NCBI GenBank assembly: GCA_963827235.1 | Contig: CAWHAE010000009.1 | Coordinates: 1,024,001 to 1,088,000 of the forward strand | Direction: 5' to 3' | Length of the DNA stretch: 64,000 bases | DNA from: an uncultured bacterium | GTDB lineage: Bacteria; Chloroflexota; UBA5177; JANWHV01 | Part shown: positions 9,399 through 18,962 of the stretch, in pieces | Numbering within the stretch: position 1 is the stretch's first letter | How the letters are laid out: each line of letters begins with the position of its first letter | Program-made: the position numbers and the translations under genes | The notes under the pieces: model-generated | The model's input: only the letters and a program-made list of their open reading frames with translations | The model's database searches: none | What the model was told of the DNA's origin: nothing

Positions 9399-10946
9399 AT
9401 GGTTAGCCTTCGATCTCTGCGCGTAGCGGCGCTCGCCCTGCTCACCTTCGCAAGCCTGGCGTTACCGGTGCACACATCCGCGCTGGCGTCCCCAGCCGGC
9501 AGCGGTGTCGTGGCCAAGGGCCCGATGCCCGTCCTCGACATGACGAAAAGCTTCTACACAGACCTACAAGGCGCGATCTACGACAACAACAAGACGGTGA
9601 TCGGTCACGTGTACCTGAGCGTGACCAAAGATGCGGATTCCTCGACCATCGATCTGGACGTCAGCGTCACCAACGCCTCCAACTCAGCGACGGGCAGCTA
9701 TATCTTCCGTGTGCCCGCCACGACGGACCTGACTCTGGCGCCCAAGGGCAAGACCACGATCAGCAGTGCGCAGCCGTACTTCGCCGTGCTGGATACCGGG
9801 ACGGATGCGTACGACAAGACCGACCCGAAGAACACGATCAAGAACCACATCGTCGTTGATTGGACATACCAGTCGGCTAGTCCCGTCAACATCCAGGCGG
9901 ACCCGTGCACCGGGACCAAGGCAAGCACCGCGATCCAGGTAGTGACCACGGCCACGGCGACCGTAGACCTTCCCTACCCATGCGATGGTGCGACGGGCGT
10001 GACGGTCAGCGGCAGCGCGAATCTGGATAGCGCGCGGTTACCCGTCAAATATGAATACCAGGACAAAGTGATCTACTACACGACCGTCACCGCGATAAAG
10101 GTATTGAGCGGGTTGCCCACCGCATCCACGACGGCGACCAAGGGGCCCATGAAGTCGCTCATGGTGATGGGTTCGAAGCGCGGAACGGCGACCAGCCTCA
10201 CGGTTTACGAGACGACGGCCATGAGCGTCGACGTCGGGCTGCAGTATGAAATGCAAATGGCCACGGACGACAAATCGGCCAGCACCCTGACTACCGGCGG
10301 CGGCCACGCGGCAACGCTCAACTACAGTGGGAACCTGGGCACCGCCGATCTCGTGTTCGACGGCAGCTCATCGACGACCCCGACCACCGGCACGTGCGTC
10401 AATCCAAACGCGGTAAAGGGCGATCTATCCAAACCCGTCGACAAAGTGGATACCCAGGGAACGGTGAGCGGGCCGGTCGATCTGAAGCTGTGCAGCGCCG
10501 AGATCAAGGCCACGTACGGTACCGGCGACATCGGCTCGGTCACGGCATATCAGAAGGGGTCGGCCGCGCTCATACATGGCAAGATGTCCGGGCTGCCGGG
10601 CGGTGTCTACATCAAAGGCACCATACCCACGATCACAGGCATCGATCCCGCTCCCGGGTCCACGATCTCCCCGACGCAGAGTGTGACTGTGACTTTCGCG
10701 TCGGCGCTGCCGGCGGGATCGATGGTGATGATCACGCTCACGCCCTCAGCGGGAGGGACATCGTCGATGATGGGGCCCGCCATGTTGACCAGTGGCGGAA
10801 CGTCGCAGGTATCCTTGACGCCCAAGTCGGCACTGGCGGCCGGCACGTACAATCTGTCGGTGTCGGCGATAGCTCCCGGGGGGCAGAATATGGCGATATA
10901 CCCGTCGCCCATGGGAGGTTACAAGGCGACCTATACCGTGAAGTGA
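9399..10946 (+). CDS. Secreted Thr/Ser-rich beta protein with a C-terminal Ig-like (Big_5/CopC-like) domain
   Basis: GAAAGGA RBS; signal peptide; C-terminal IDPAPGST...VTVTF...LTPKSALAAGTYNLSV. Confidence 0.7.
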   Translation: MVSLRSLRVAALALLTFASLALPVHTSALASPAGSGVVAKGPMPVLDMTKSFYTDLQGAIYDNNKTVIGHVYLSVTKDADSSTIDLDVSVTNASNSATGSYIFRVPATTDLTLAPKGKTTISSAQPYFAVLDTGTDAYDKTDPKNTIKNHIVVDWTYQSASPVNIQADPCTGTKASTAIQVVTTATATVDLPYPCDGATGVTVSGSANLDSARLPVKYEYQDKVIYYTTVTAIKVLSGLPTASTTATKGPMKSLMVMGSKRGTATSLTVYETTAMSVDVGLQYEMQMATDDKSASTLTTGGGHAATLNYSGNLGTADLVFDGSSSTTPTTGTCVNPNAVKGDLSKPVDKVDTQGTVSGPVDLKLCSAEIKATYGTGDIGSVTAYQKGSAALIHGKMSGLPGGVYIKGTIPTITGIDPAPGSTISPTQSVTVTFASALPAGSMVMITLTPSAGGTSSMMGPAMLTSGGTSQVSLTPKSALAAGTYNLSVSAIAPGGQNMAIYPSPMGGYKATYTVK

Positions 10947-10995
10947 GGCGACCATCTGCTCCGAAGGTGACCGCAGTCACCGGATAGAGTCGGCG

Positions 10996-11036
10996 GCAAG
11001 CATGGCCCGGCGGACCGTCCGCCGGGCCATGCTTGC
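10996..11036. terminator. Perfect 20-bp inverted repeat, probable terminator
   Basis: gcaagcatggcccggcggac-c-gtccgccgggccatgcttgc, 50 nt after the stop at 10946, between convergent genes. Confidence 0.7.
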
Positions 11037-11065
11037 TGGGTGAGATGGGGACGGGGCCTCCCCAG

Positions 11066-11250
11066 AGCCTCCAGCTGCCGCAGGATGGCAGGGTGCGGGC
11101 CAGCTGCGGCCGGTTGTGGTGGGTGGTGTCGGCTCCAACCGCGGCGAGGATGGTAGCGACGGGCCGGCTGCGGTCCCGGGTGGACGGTGGCGGTACCTTC
11201 AGCTGAGGATGGCAGGGTACGGGCCGGCTGCGGCCAGGTGGAGGGGGATA
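11066..11250. repeat. Three degenerate tandem copies of an approximately 60-bp REP-like unit (ggatggcagggtacgggccggctgcggcc)
   Basis: ggatggYag cores start at 11083, 11148 and 11207. Confidence 0.65.
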
Positions 11251-11276
11251 CGGGTCAGGCGGGCCGGGGTGGGGCG

Positions 11277-11477
11277 CTATGAGTGGTGAATGGCGCGTCT
11301 GAGGCTGATGCCGAGGAAAACGAGGACGACGAGCGGGAGGATCCACCAGACAGAGAGGTGGTGGTGGGCCAGGACGCCGATCACGGCCAGCGCGACCACG
11401 ACGGCGGCGGCGCTCGTCCAGTCATCGCCGATGATGAAGTCGTACCAGAACAGGGCGAAGTTCTTCACGAAGGGCAT
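11277..11477 (-). CDS. Small membrane protein (FWYDFIIGDDW type)
   Basis: AGGAGA RBS; two hydrophobic segments; directly downstream of the COG4280-like gene. Confidence 0.75.
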   Translation of the reverse strand: MPFVKNFALFWYDFIIGDDWTSAAAVVVALAVIGVLAHHHLSVWWILPLVVLVFLGISLRRAIHHS

Positions 11478-11487
11478 GGGCAATCTC

Positions 11488-12234
11488 CTATGCCGCCGCG
11501 CCGAGCACCAGGGCATGCCGGCGCTCGAGGACACGCACGAGAGCCAGGGAGGCCAGGGCGTACAGGGCCAGGATGCCGAGGATAGCGCCGTCTGAGCCGG
11601 GCCAATCGGCGCCGGCGCCCTCGGTCGACCAGAATGTGCCAAAGGTGCAGAGCATCAGACCAACGGCGAACTTGAGTGTATTCTCCGGCACGCGGCTGAG
11701 CGGCGCGTGCACGGCAACGCCGGCAGTCAGCACGATGACCAGGGCCGCCACGGCGCCGAAGGTGGCCAACCAAATGTTGCCGGCACTGGCGCCGAAGGTG
11801 ACCACGATGAAGGCCACTTCCAGGCCTTCGAGCAGCACGCCCTTGAAGCACAGCGTGAAGGCATACCAGTCCAGCCCAGCGCGCAGCTCGGTGCCGGTGT
11901 TGAGTGCGGCGGCGCGCTGGCGCTCAAAGATGGCCGCTTCGTCGTGAATCGCCTTGTAGCCGCTGGCCCGCAGGATTGCCTTGCGCAGCCATTGGAGGCC
12001 AAAGGTCAGGAGGAGCGCGCCGACGACCAGGCGCAGCGCGTCGATGGGGATGACGGTGAGGGCGGGTCCGAGCACGGCCACGATCACGGACAGCACGGCG
12101 AGGCCCGCCGCCACGCCGACGAGCGAGGAGCGCCAGCCGCGTGTGAGGCCGGCGGCCAACACGATCGTAAGCGCTTCTACCATCTCCACGGCCGAGGCCA
12201 GGAAGCTGGAGAAGAACAGAAACAGGTTACTCAT
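11488..12234 (-). CDS. COG4280-like membrane protein (GDT1/FTR1-related putative metal transporter)
   Basis: Duplicated ExxE motifs (VEMVEALTIV; LLEGLEVAFIV) and several TM helices. Confidence 0.8.
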   Translation of the reverse strand: MSNLFLFFSSFLASAVEMVEALTIVLAAGLTRGWRSSLVGVAAGLAVLSVIVAVLGPALTVIPIDALRLVVGALLLTFGLQWLRKAILRASGYKAIHDEAAIFERQRAAALNTGTELRAGLDWYAFTLCFKGVLLEGLEVAFIVVTFGASAGNIWLATFGAVAALVIVLTAGVAVHAPLSRVPENTLKFAVGLMLCTFGTFWSTEGAGADWPGSDGAILGILALYALASLALVRVLERRHALVLGAAA

Positions 12235-12324
12235 ACACGCAGCGCTCCATCGGCATCACGATAACAGACCGGGGCGCTACTCGCCGGCCGGCAAGACCGC
12301 GAGTGCCGCCTACCACCGTCAGCC

Positions 12325-12354
12325 ATGATACGGTTAACAGCTGTTACAGTGCAA
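12325..12354 (-). promoter_or_regulatory. Promoter TTGCAC-18-TATCAT containing the palindromic operator TAACAGCTGTTA
   Basis: Minus strand reads ttgcac-tgtaacagctgttaaccg-tatcat, about 90 nt upstream of the COG4280-like gene. Confidence 0.5.
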
Positions 12355-12655
12355 TGACTGCTACGCCGGCTATGCGTGGTATGCCGCGCGTGTGAAGCCG
12401 GTTTCCGGGCTGTGTGGTGCATAACGGACCTGCAAACGGACCTGCAAACGGCCCGGCTTGAGGGTGCACGGCGTACGCGGCCGGGCGTGCGATGGGAGGC
12501 ATCCCAGTCTGCCGCTTGCTCTTGCCGTGGCCATGGGCGTCAGGTGCGCGGCATACGGCCGGCTAGCGATTCCATTGTTCCATCCGCCAGGGCGGTAGCG
12601 GCAGATACTCCGGCAGCGGCTACAATTCCGCCATCCGCCGTCGGCAATGTTTTCC

Positions 12656-12710
12656 TTGACAAAGGCAATTCTCGTGCTATGCTGGGCATGATTCTAGAAC
12701 ATATGTACTA
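12656..12710 (+). promoter_or_regulatory. Sigma70 promoter (TTGACA-16-TATGCT, extended -10 TG) with a LexA-type box TAGAAC-ATAT-GTACTA downstream
   Basis: TTGACA 12656-12661; TATGCT 12678-12683; box 12695-12710 has one mismatch to GAAC-N4-GTTC; GGAGG RBS before the portal ATG. Confidence 0.7.
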
Positions 12711-12725
12711 ATAACTGGAGGCAGG

Positions 12726-14423
12726 ATGGGGACTCGGTGGATGACCGAAGGTGCCAGAGCGCTAGCAGCGAACGGGGCGGACGGCACGGCAGTCTCCGAG
12801 CGGCTGGCGGAGGGGCAGTTCGACCCGACGGCGAATGCGACGTTCCCGATGCAGGAGGACTACTACTGGGGCCGGCTGGGCGCGGGCATGGAGGAGGACT
12901 ACTACTGGCGGCGCCTCTCCGACAACTGGTACCAGAAGGACGTCATCCCCAGCACGTACCTCGAGATCCACAACCAGTGCTACGAGCAGTTCAACGCGAA
13001 CCCGATTGCCGGCTACCTGGTGGAGATGATCACCAACTTCGTGCTGGGCACGGGGATCAGCGTGACGGCGGCGAACAAGAAGGTGCAGAAGCTGGTCGAC
13101 GCCTTCTGGGAGGACCCGGACAACCACATGGCGACGCGGGTGTACAGCCTGTGCACGGAGCTCTCGCTGTACGGGGAGCAGTTCGTGCGCTTCTTCGTGA
13201 ACCCGTTCAGCGGGCAGGTGAAGGTGGCGCAGATCGACCCCAGCCTGATCGACCAGATCGAGACGGACCCGGACAACATCGAGCGGACGATTCGGTTCCA
13301 CCAGCGGCCGGTGGGGCCGGGCGGGGCGATGTGGAGCGCCACGGCGCCGATCGGCGGGGTGCAGCCGCCGGCACCGACGTTGGAGCCGACGGGAGCGAGC
13401 TATCCGGGCGACGCGGTGATGGCGGGCAAGTGGTTCGCCGCGGGCACGGAGGTGGTGCAGTTCAAGATCAACTCGGTCAGCAACGCGAAGCGGGGCAAGA
13501 GCGACCTGGCGACGCTGCTGCCCTGGCTGCGGCGGTACCGGGATTGGCTGACCGACCGGGTGCGCATCAACAAGTACAAGGGCGCCTTCCTGTGGGACAT
13601 CAAGCTGGCGGGGGCGGACGCGAAGACGATCGACCGCAAGCGGATGCAGTACGCCTACGCGCCGGAGCCGGGGAGCATCGTGGTGCACAACGAGTCGGAG
13701 ACGTGGACGGCGGTGCAGCCGATGATCCATGCCGACGAGGTGGAGGCGGACGGGCGGGCGATCAAGATGATGATTGCCATGGGGGCTGGCGTGCCCGAGC
13801 ACTATCTCGGTGAAGGCGGGAACACGAACCGGGCGACGGCGAGCGAGATGGGGCTGCCGACCTTCCGCAAGTTCGAGCGGCGGCAGGACACGTTCGGGCT
13901 GCTGCTGCGGGCGATTCTGGACCGGGTGCTGGAGGAGGCGGTGAAGGCGGGGAAGCTGGGGGCGTCGGCGGACAAGAGCTACCAGATCATCTTCCCGGAG
14001 CTGGTGCCGAGCGACAACAAGGACCTGGCGACGGCGGGCAGCCAGATCATGTCCGCCCTGCTGGCGGCGAACCAGGCGGGGTGGATCAGCCGGGAGACGG
14101 GGATGCGGCTGTTCTTCGGCATGATCGGGCAGAACGTGGACGTGGCGGAGGAGATGGGGCGTGTGGCCTCGGAAGGAGTGAGCGCGGATGCTGGATGGAA
14201 CGACGGTGGTGCAGTCGGTGGCGGGGACGGTGGTTCCCGCGGAGAACCAGGGGACAAGCAAGTCCGTGGCAGGGGCGAGTACGGGCGGGGCGGGGTCGAC
14301 GAGCGAGCGCGAGGTAGCGGCGGCGGCGCGGTTCCTGGGGCGGGGGCTGGTGGACGTGCTGGTGCTGCTGCTGGCCGTGGTGCTGCTGGGACTCCTTCTG
14401 TACCTGGTGGTAGCGGCGATTAG
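12726..14423 (+). CDS. Phage portal protein (the last ~80 codons are Gly-rich and overlap the next gene)
   Basis: ELSLYGEQFVRFF, NAKRGKSDL, GVPEHYLGEGGNTNRATASEM and FERRQ motifs; strong RBS. Confidence 0.8.
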   Translation: MGTRWMTEGARALAANGADGTAVSERLAEGQFDPTANATFPMQEDYYWGRLGAGMEEDYYWRRLSDNWYQKDVIPSTYLEIHNQCYEQFNANPIAGYLVEMITNFVLGTGISVTAANKKVQKLVDAFWEDPDNHMATRVYSLCTELSLYGEQFVRFFVNPFSGQVKVAQIDPSLIDQIETDPDNIERTIRFHQRPVGPGGAMWSATAPIGGVQPPAPTLEPTGASYPGDAVMAGKWFAAGTEVVQFKINSVSNAKRGKSDLATLLPWLRRYRDWLTDRVRINKYKGAFLWDIKLAGADAKTIDRKRMQYAYAPEPGSIVVHNESETWTAVQPMIHADEVEADGRAIKMMIAMGAGVPEHYLGEGGNTNRATASEMGLPTFRKFERRQDTFGLLLRAILDRVLEEAVKAGKLGASADKSYQIIFPELVPSDNKDLATAGSQIMSALLAANQAGWISRETGMRLFFGMIGQNVDVAEEMGRVASEGVSADAGWNDGGAVGGGDGGSRGEPGDKQVRGRGEYGRGGVDERARGSGGGAVPGAGAGGRAGAAAGRGAAGTPSVPGGSGD

Positions 14424-14553
14424 CTTCGAGAGCGCGCTGGCCAAGGACTGGGTGGAGGCGATCAGCAAGCAGTTGGCGTTCCCGGTGGTGGGGCTGCTGG
14501 TGTACAGCGCGGGCCTGATCACGAAGCGGCCGGAGTGGGCCGGTGGTGAGTAG
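14188..14553 (+). CDS. Two-TM membrane protein, possible holin
   Basis: GAAGGAG RBS before ATG 14188; two hydrophobic helices; same cluster as the lysin. Confidence 0.55.
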   Translation: MLDGTTVVQSVAGTVVPAENQGTSKSVAGASTGGAGSTSEREVAAAARFLGRGLVDVLVLLLAVVLLGLLLYLVVAAISFESALAKDWVEAISKQLAFPVVGLLVYSAGLITKRPEWAGGE

Positions 14554-14845
14554 CGTGGCGACGCCGGCAGGGGCCGGTTGTGAGGCGGGCACACCGGACT
14601 CCTATCAGCGTGAGCAGTCGGTGTTCACGGACCTGGTGAACGAGATGGACCGGGCGCGGAGATTGCACCGGGACATGACGTCGCCGCACGAGGCGATCGC
14701 GGTGATCCGGGAGGAGTACCTGGAGGCGGAGCGGGAGGTCTTCCAGAAGCACGTCGACCGGGCGAAGCTGCGCAAGGAGCTGATCCAGACGGCGAACGTG
14801 TGCCTGCGGGCGGTGATCGACCTGCGGCTCGAGCCGGGGTCATAG
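14543..14845 (+). CDS. MazG-like NTP pyrophosphohydrolase-fold protein
   Basis: HEAIAVIREEYLE...LRKELIQTANVC (EExxE...ELxQ pattern). Confidence 0.6.
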   Translation: MVSSVATPAGAGCEAGTPDSYQREQSVFTDLVNEMDRARRLHRDMTSPHEAIAVIREEYLEAEREVFQKHVDRAKLRKELIQTANVCLRAVIDLRLEPGS

Positions 14846-14848
14846 CGC

Positions 14849-16561
14849 ATGCCACGAAAGAACTCGTATGTGACCGTGACGGATCTCTTCTGCGGCGCCG
14901 GCGGCAGCTCGATCGGCGTGCGGGCGGCCGGGGCGGAGCTGAAGCTGGGCCTGAACCACTGGCGCAAGGCGATCGAGACACACAGCACGAACTTCCCGGA
15001 GGCGATGCACGAGGTGTGCGACGTGCGTTCGACCGACCCGCGGCGGTACCCGTCGACGGACGTGCTGATCGCCTCGCCGGAGTGTACGGCGCACACCCTG
15101 GCGAAGGGCAGGCGCCGGAAGAACATCGCGCAGCAGGATCTGTTCGGCAAGGACGGCCTCGACCCGGCAGAGGAACGGTCGCGAGTGACCATGTGGGACG
15201 TGCCGCGGTTTGCGGAGTACCACCAATACAACCTGGTGATCGTCGAGAACGTGGTGGACGCGCGGCTCTACTGGCGGCCGTTCGACGCGTGGCTGCAGAG
15301 CATGGCCTGCCTGGGCTACAGCCATCAGCTCGTGTTCTTCAACAGCATGTTTGCCCATCCGACGCCGCAGAGTCGCGATCGGCTCTACGTGGTGTTCCAC
15401 CGGACGGGCAGCAAGGCGCCGGATCTGCGCATCACGCCGCGTGCCTGGTGCTTCCAGTGCGGTCGCGATGTGGCGAGCGTGCAGGCATGGAAGAACCCGC
15501 AGCGCCGCTGGGGCAAGTACGGCAAGCGGAACCAGTACCTCTACTGCTGCCCGGTGTGCGCCAGGGTGATGGAGCCGTACTACTTCGCCGCCGCGAACGC
15601 GATCGACTGGTCGTTGAAGGGCGAGCGCATCGGCGATCGCAGGGTGCCGCTCAAGGAGAAGACGCTGGAGCGCATCCGCTATGGCCTGGCCAAGTTCAGC
15701 CGGCCGTACATCGTGGGTCTTGACCATGGCGGTGAGTCAGGCAAGTGCTACGACCCGCTGGACCCCTTCCGCACCCAGACGGCTCGCGACAACACGGCAC
15801 TGGTCGAGCCGTTCATCGCGGAGCTGCGCGCGCACAAACACGCCAGCGGCATGGATGAGCCGCTCTCAACGCTCTGTGCCGGCGGCGGCCATCACGGTTT
15901 GGTGGTGCCGGCAGGGGGCACCTGGAACCTGGAGGCGCGGTCGACGGACGAGGCGATGCCGACCATGACCACGCGGGATGCCTACGGCGTGGCGTTCCTG
16001 GCATCGACGAACTACTTCAAGACGAGCCACGGCGTGGGGGAGCCGATGCCGACTCAGGTGACTGAGATCCAGCACGGCCTGGTCGAAGGTCCGCGGCCGT
16101 TCCTGATCTCGCACTACGGCGGCCGGCACGCCACGCACGACATCGGCGACGCGCTGCCCACGCAGCCAGGGTGGCCGATCCACGCGCTGATCATGGGTCA
16201 GCAGGGTGGCGCGGTAGCGCGGCCGGCGAGTCGCGAGCTGCCCACTGTTTCCACCGGAGGCGCCATCAGTCTGCTCGTGTCGTACACCCGGACAGGCAGC
16301 GCGCATCCGGTGGAGGAACCATTCCACACCGTGCATACGCACGACGGAGAGGCACTGCTTGAGGGGCGGGGCATTCCGGAGGTCGACGATTGCACGTTCC
16401 GCATGCTCAAGCCGCACGAGATCCAGCGGGCGATGGCGTTCCCGGAGGATTACCGGGTCTTGGGCACGGAGCGGGACAAGGTGAAGCAATTGGGGAATGC
16501 CGTCACGCCGCCGGTCATGTCGTTGCTGTTCGAGCGCGCCGTGGCGACGTTGGCAGGCTAG
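14849..16561 (+). CDS. dcm: Phage-type C5 DNA cytosine methyltransferase
   Basis: DLFCGAGG, ASPEC, IVENV, QSRDRL, RAMAFP and QLGNAV; long repetitive target-recognition region; QQDLF clamp-like motif. Confidence 0.9.
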   Translation: MPRKNSYVTVTDLFCGAGGSSIGVRAAGAELKLGLNHWRKAIETHSTNFPEAMHEVCDVRSTDPRRYPSTDVLIASPECTAHTLAKGRRRKNIAQQDLFGKDGLDPAEERSRVTMWDVPRFAEYHQYNLVIVENVVDARLYWRPFDAWLQSMACLGYSHQLVFFNSMFAHPTPQSRDRLYVVFHRTGSKAPDLRITPRAWCFQCGRDVASVQAWKNPQRRWGKYGKRNQYLYCCPVCARVMEPYYFAAANAIDWSLKGERIGDRRVPLKEKTLERIRYGLAKFSRPYIVGLDHGGESGKCYDPLDPFRTQTARDNTALVEPFIAELRAHKHASGMDEPLSTLCAGGGHHGLVVPAGGTWNLEARSTDEAMPTMTTRDAYGVAFLASTNYFKTSHGVGEPMPTQVTEIQHGLVEGPRPFLISHYGGRHATHDIGDALPTQPGWPIHALIMGQQGGAVARPASRELPTVSTGGAISLLVSYTRTGSAHPVEEPFHTVHTHDGEALLEGRGIPEVDDCTFRMLKPHEIQRAMAFPEDYRVLGTERDKVKQLGNAVTPPVMSLLFERAVATLAG

Positions 16562-16565
16562 AGCG

Positions 16566-17069
16566 GTGCTCGATGTTGTGCCGCTGACGCTGGCGCAGGC
16601 GAACGAGCTCGTGGTGCGGCTGAGCAGGCACCATGGGCCGGCGTGGGGACACCGCTGGAGCATCGGGGTGCAGGCGGATGGCCGGCTGGTGGGCGCCGCG
16701 GTTGCCGGCCGTCCGGTGTCGCGGATTCTGGACGATGGCCGCACGGTCGAGGTGACGCGGCTGGTCAGCGACGGCACGCCGAACGCCTGCAGTTGCCTGC
16801 TGGGGGCCATGGTGCGCATCGCGCGGGCCATGGGCTACGAGAAGGTGATTACCTACACGCTGCAGACGGAGGGCGGTGCCAGCCTGCGGGCGGCGGGCTG
16901 GACGGTGGCGGCGGTGGCCACGCGAGTGCGCACGTGGGACACGCCCTGCCGGCCGCGGCAGCATCACGAGCACGAGGACACGCCCAAGGTGCGATGGGAA
17001 TGCCAGCTCAAGCCGGCGGCGAAGCGGGCGCCGCGGCACAGGCCGGTGTTCGGTGAGAGTGAAGTCTGA
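16566..17069 (+). CDS. XF1762-family phage protein
   Basis: PLTLAQAN...RHH...GRPVSRILDDGRTVEVTRL...NACSCL...AMGY.KVITYTL..EGGASLRAAGW. Confidence 0.75.
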   Translation: MLDVVPLTLAQANELVVRLSRHHGPAWGHRWSIGVQADGRLVGAAVAGRPVSRILDDGRTVEVTRLVSDGTPNACSCLLGAMVRIARAMGYEKVITYTLQTEGGASLRAAGWTVAAVATRVRTWDTPCRPRQHHEHEDTPKVRWECQLKPAAKRAPRHRPVFGESEV

Positions 17070-17092
17070 CCCGGAGGGGTCTGGAGGAGAGG

Positions 17093-17890
17093 ATGCCCGA
17101 ACTGAAGGGGATTGACGTCTCGCAGTGGCAGGGGGCTATCGACTGGGCGATGGTGCAGGCGGACGGGTATAGCTTCGCGGTGGTCAAGGCGACGGAGGGA
17201 CTGTCGCTGGTGGACCCGGAGTTCGCCGCCAACTGGGCGGGGGCGAAGGCGGCGGGGCTGGTGAGGGGGGCCTATCACTTCTGCCGGCCGGAGCTGGGGA
17301 ACGCGCGGCAGCAGGCACAGCACGTCGTGAACACGGTGGGGACGCTGGAGGCGGGGGACATCCTGGCGCTGGACCTGGAGACGCCGGCGGGGACGGTCGA
17401 CCAGTCGGCGTTCGCGCTGGACTGCGCGGGCATGGTGGCGAAGCTGGCGGGCTTCCCGCCGCTGCTCTACTGCAGCCAGGATTGGGCGAGGAACCGGCTG
17501 ACGGATGCGGCGCTGGCGGCCTATCCGCTGTGGCTGGCGTGTCCGGGCAGCAGTTGTCCGGCCTCGATCGGGGTGTGGCCGAGCGTGGCGCTGCAGCAGG
17601 AGTCGTGGACGCTCGCGGTGCCGGGGATTGAGGGGGAGGTGGACGGGGACGAGCTGGCGCGCACGCTGGACGGGCTGCGGGCGCTGGGCAAGCCGGCGGT
17701 GAGTCTGCGGACGGTGGTGTCGTGCGCGATGAAGCCGACGCCGGACCATACGAGCCCGGCGGTGGTGCTGCTGGCGGCGGGGGCTCTCGTGGCGCCGGAC
17801 GGGCCGCAGACGACGCACTGGCTGCACTGCCACACGAGCAGCTACAGCGGCTGGCTGCTGAAGGCGGAGCTGGCGGCGGTGGCATCGTGA
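17093..17890 (+). CDS. GH25 muramidase (endolysin) with a C-terminal SH3b-like domain
   Basis: GIDVSQWQG, KATEG, GAYHF, LDLE and VDGD; GGAGGAGAGG RBS. Confidence 0.9.
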   Translation: MPELKGIDVSQWQGAIDWAMVQADGYSFAVVKATEGLSLVDPEFAANWAGAKAAGLVRGAYHFCRPELGNARQQAQHVVNTVGTLEAGDILALDLETPAGTVDQSAFALDCAGMVAKLAGFPPLLYCSQDWARNRLTDAALAAYPLWLACPGSSCPASIGVWPSVALQQESWTLAVPGIEGEVDGDELARTLDGLRALGKPAVSLRTVVSCAMKPTPDHTSPAVVLLAAGALVAPDGPQTTHWLHCHTSSYSGWLLKAELAAVAS

Positions 17891-18396
17891 TCGTGCCGAG
17901 GCATCCCTGGCCCAAGCTGAGCGAGACGCTGCCGTACCCGCGCGACCCGCGGCGGTGCCAGGCGTGCGGGGCGGTGGGGGACGGCAACCGGGTGCCCAGA
18001 GACGGCGCAGCGTGTCTGCCGGCGCTGCACCGCTGGCGGGAGCATGACGAGGCGGACCGGCCCACGGCGGTGGTGGTCGTGCTGTGCGCGGGGTGCAGCG
18101 ACAGGATGATCGGGCCACATCCGCGGCTGTACAGCCGGCTGCACGACTTCGAGCCGGTGCCGGGCAGCATGGCGCTGTGCGAGGAGTGCGCGTGCCGGGA
18201 TGGCCTGCGCTGCACGCACGGCGACCTGAAGGCCAACGGCGGCGGTGGGTTGGCGGTCAGCGTGGCGAAGCCGCACGTGGCCATCCTCTGCTCGAGGGGC
18301 GGCACGCAGCACGGCTGCCGGCAGATGGTGATCTGGCCGTCGGCGCCGACCGGTTGCAGGGGCCGCAGCGTGGCGGTGCGCGAGGCCGCGGGCTAG
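17887..18396 (+). CDS. Cys-rich phage hypothetical protein (several CxxC)
   Basis: GTGA overlap with the lysin stop; CQAC, CAGC and CEEC motifs. Confidence 0.55.
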   Translation: MIVPRHPWPKLSETLPYPRDPRRCQACGAVGDGNRVPRDGAACLPALHRWREHDEADRPTAVVVVLCAGCSDRMIGPHPRLYSRLHDFEPVPGSMALCEECACRDGLRCTHGDLKANGGGGLAVSVAKPHVAILCSRGGTQHGCRQMVIWPSAPTGCRGRSVAVREAAG

Positions 18397-18476
18397 CAGC
18401 CAGCGTGCTTCGAGTCCAATACTGATAGAGTGGCTAAGGGATTGACTCTGGATGTATCATGCGGACGGAGGGTGCG

Positions 18477-18857
18477 ATGAGCGTGCGGGCGGTGGTCTCG
18501 GACCGGAGCCGGCATGAGGGCAGCGGGCACAGTGCTCGCCATGCCGGCGTCTCGCACGTGGTGGCGACGGCGGTCGCGGTGCAGGACGTGACGGCGGGGG
18601 AGTCGTCGAGCGGCTCGCGGGCGGTCTCCGGCGCCCGGGCGAGCGATGAGTTCTCGGAGTTGGGGGTGCTGCAGTCCTACGACTCGGGCAGCAACACGGC
18701 GATGGTGCAGCTGCTGGGCGCGCAGTCGAACGTGGTGGGGCCGCTCTCGGTGAACAAGGCGATCGGCTCCAGTCTGCTGGTGGCGGGTGCGCAGTGCTTG
18801 GTGGTGCTGATGGACGCCGCGAACCCGGCCGACGGGTCGCTGGTGAGCGTGTGGTGA
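18477..18857 (+). CDS. Phage hypothetical protein
   Basis: GGAGG RBS; codon usage matches the cluster. Confidence 0.6.
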   Translation: MSVRAVVSDRSRHEGSGHSARHAGVSHVVATAVAVQDVTAGESSSGSRAVSGARASDEFSELGVLQSYDSGSNTAMVQLLGAQSNVVGPLSVNKAIGSSLLVAGAQCLVVLMDAANPADGSLVSVW

Positions 18858-18877
18858 GGCCGCTGGCTGCGGTCCCA

Positions 18878-18904
18878 AGCCTCCGACTGCGGTCGGATGG
18901 CAGC
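18878..18904. repeat. 27-bp hairpin repeat agcctccgactgcggtcggatggcagc (copy 1; an exact copy lies at 20212-20238)
   Basis: Exact match by eye; internal stem tccgac-tgcg-gtcgga. Confidence 0.8.
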
Positions 18905-18962
18905 AGAGGGGGGACTGCGGTCCGGGTGAAGCGGGGTTGGTGTGAGCGGTGAGGGAGGAGTG

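Noticed and set aside
11066-11250. Possible CRISPR array
   Set aside because: Only three degenerate units with irregular period (65 and 59 nt), no constant repeat with unique spacers, and no cas genes
12235-12325. yybP-ykoY manganese riboswitch before the COG4280-like gene
   Set aside because: Only a gagtagc fragment matches; the rest of the consensus could not be found by eye
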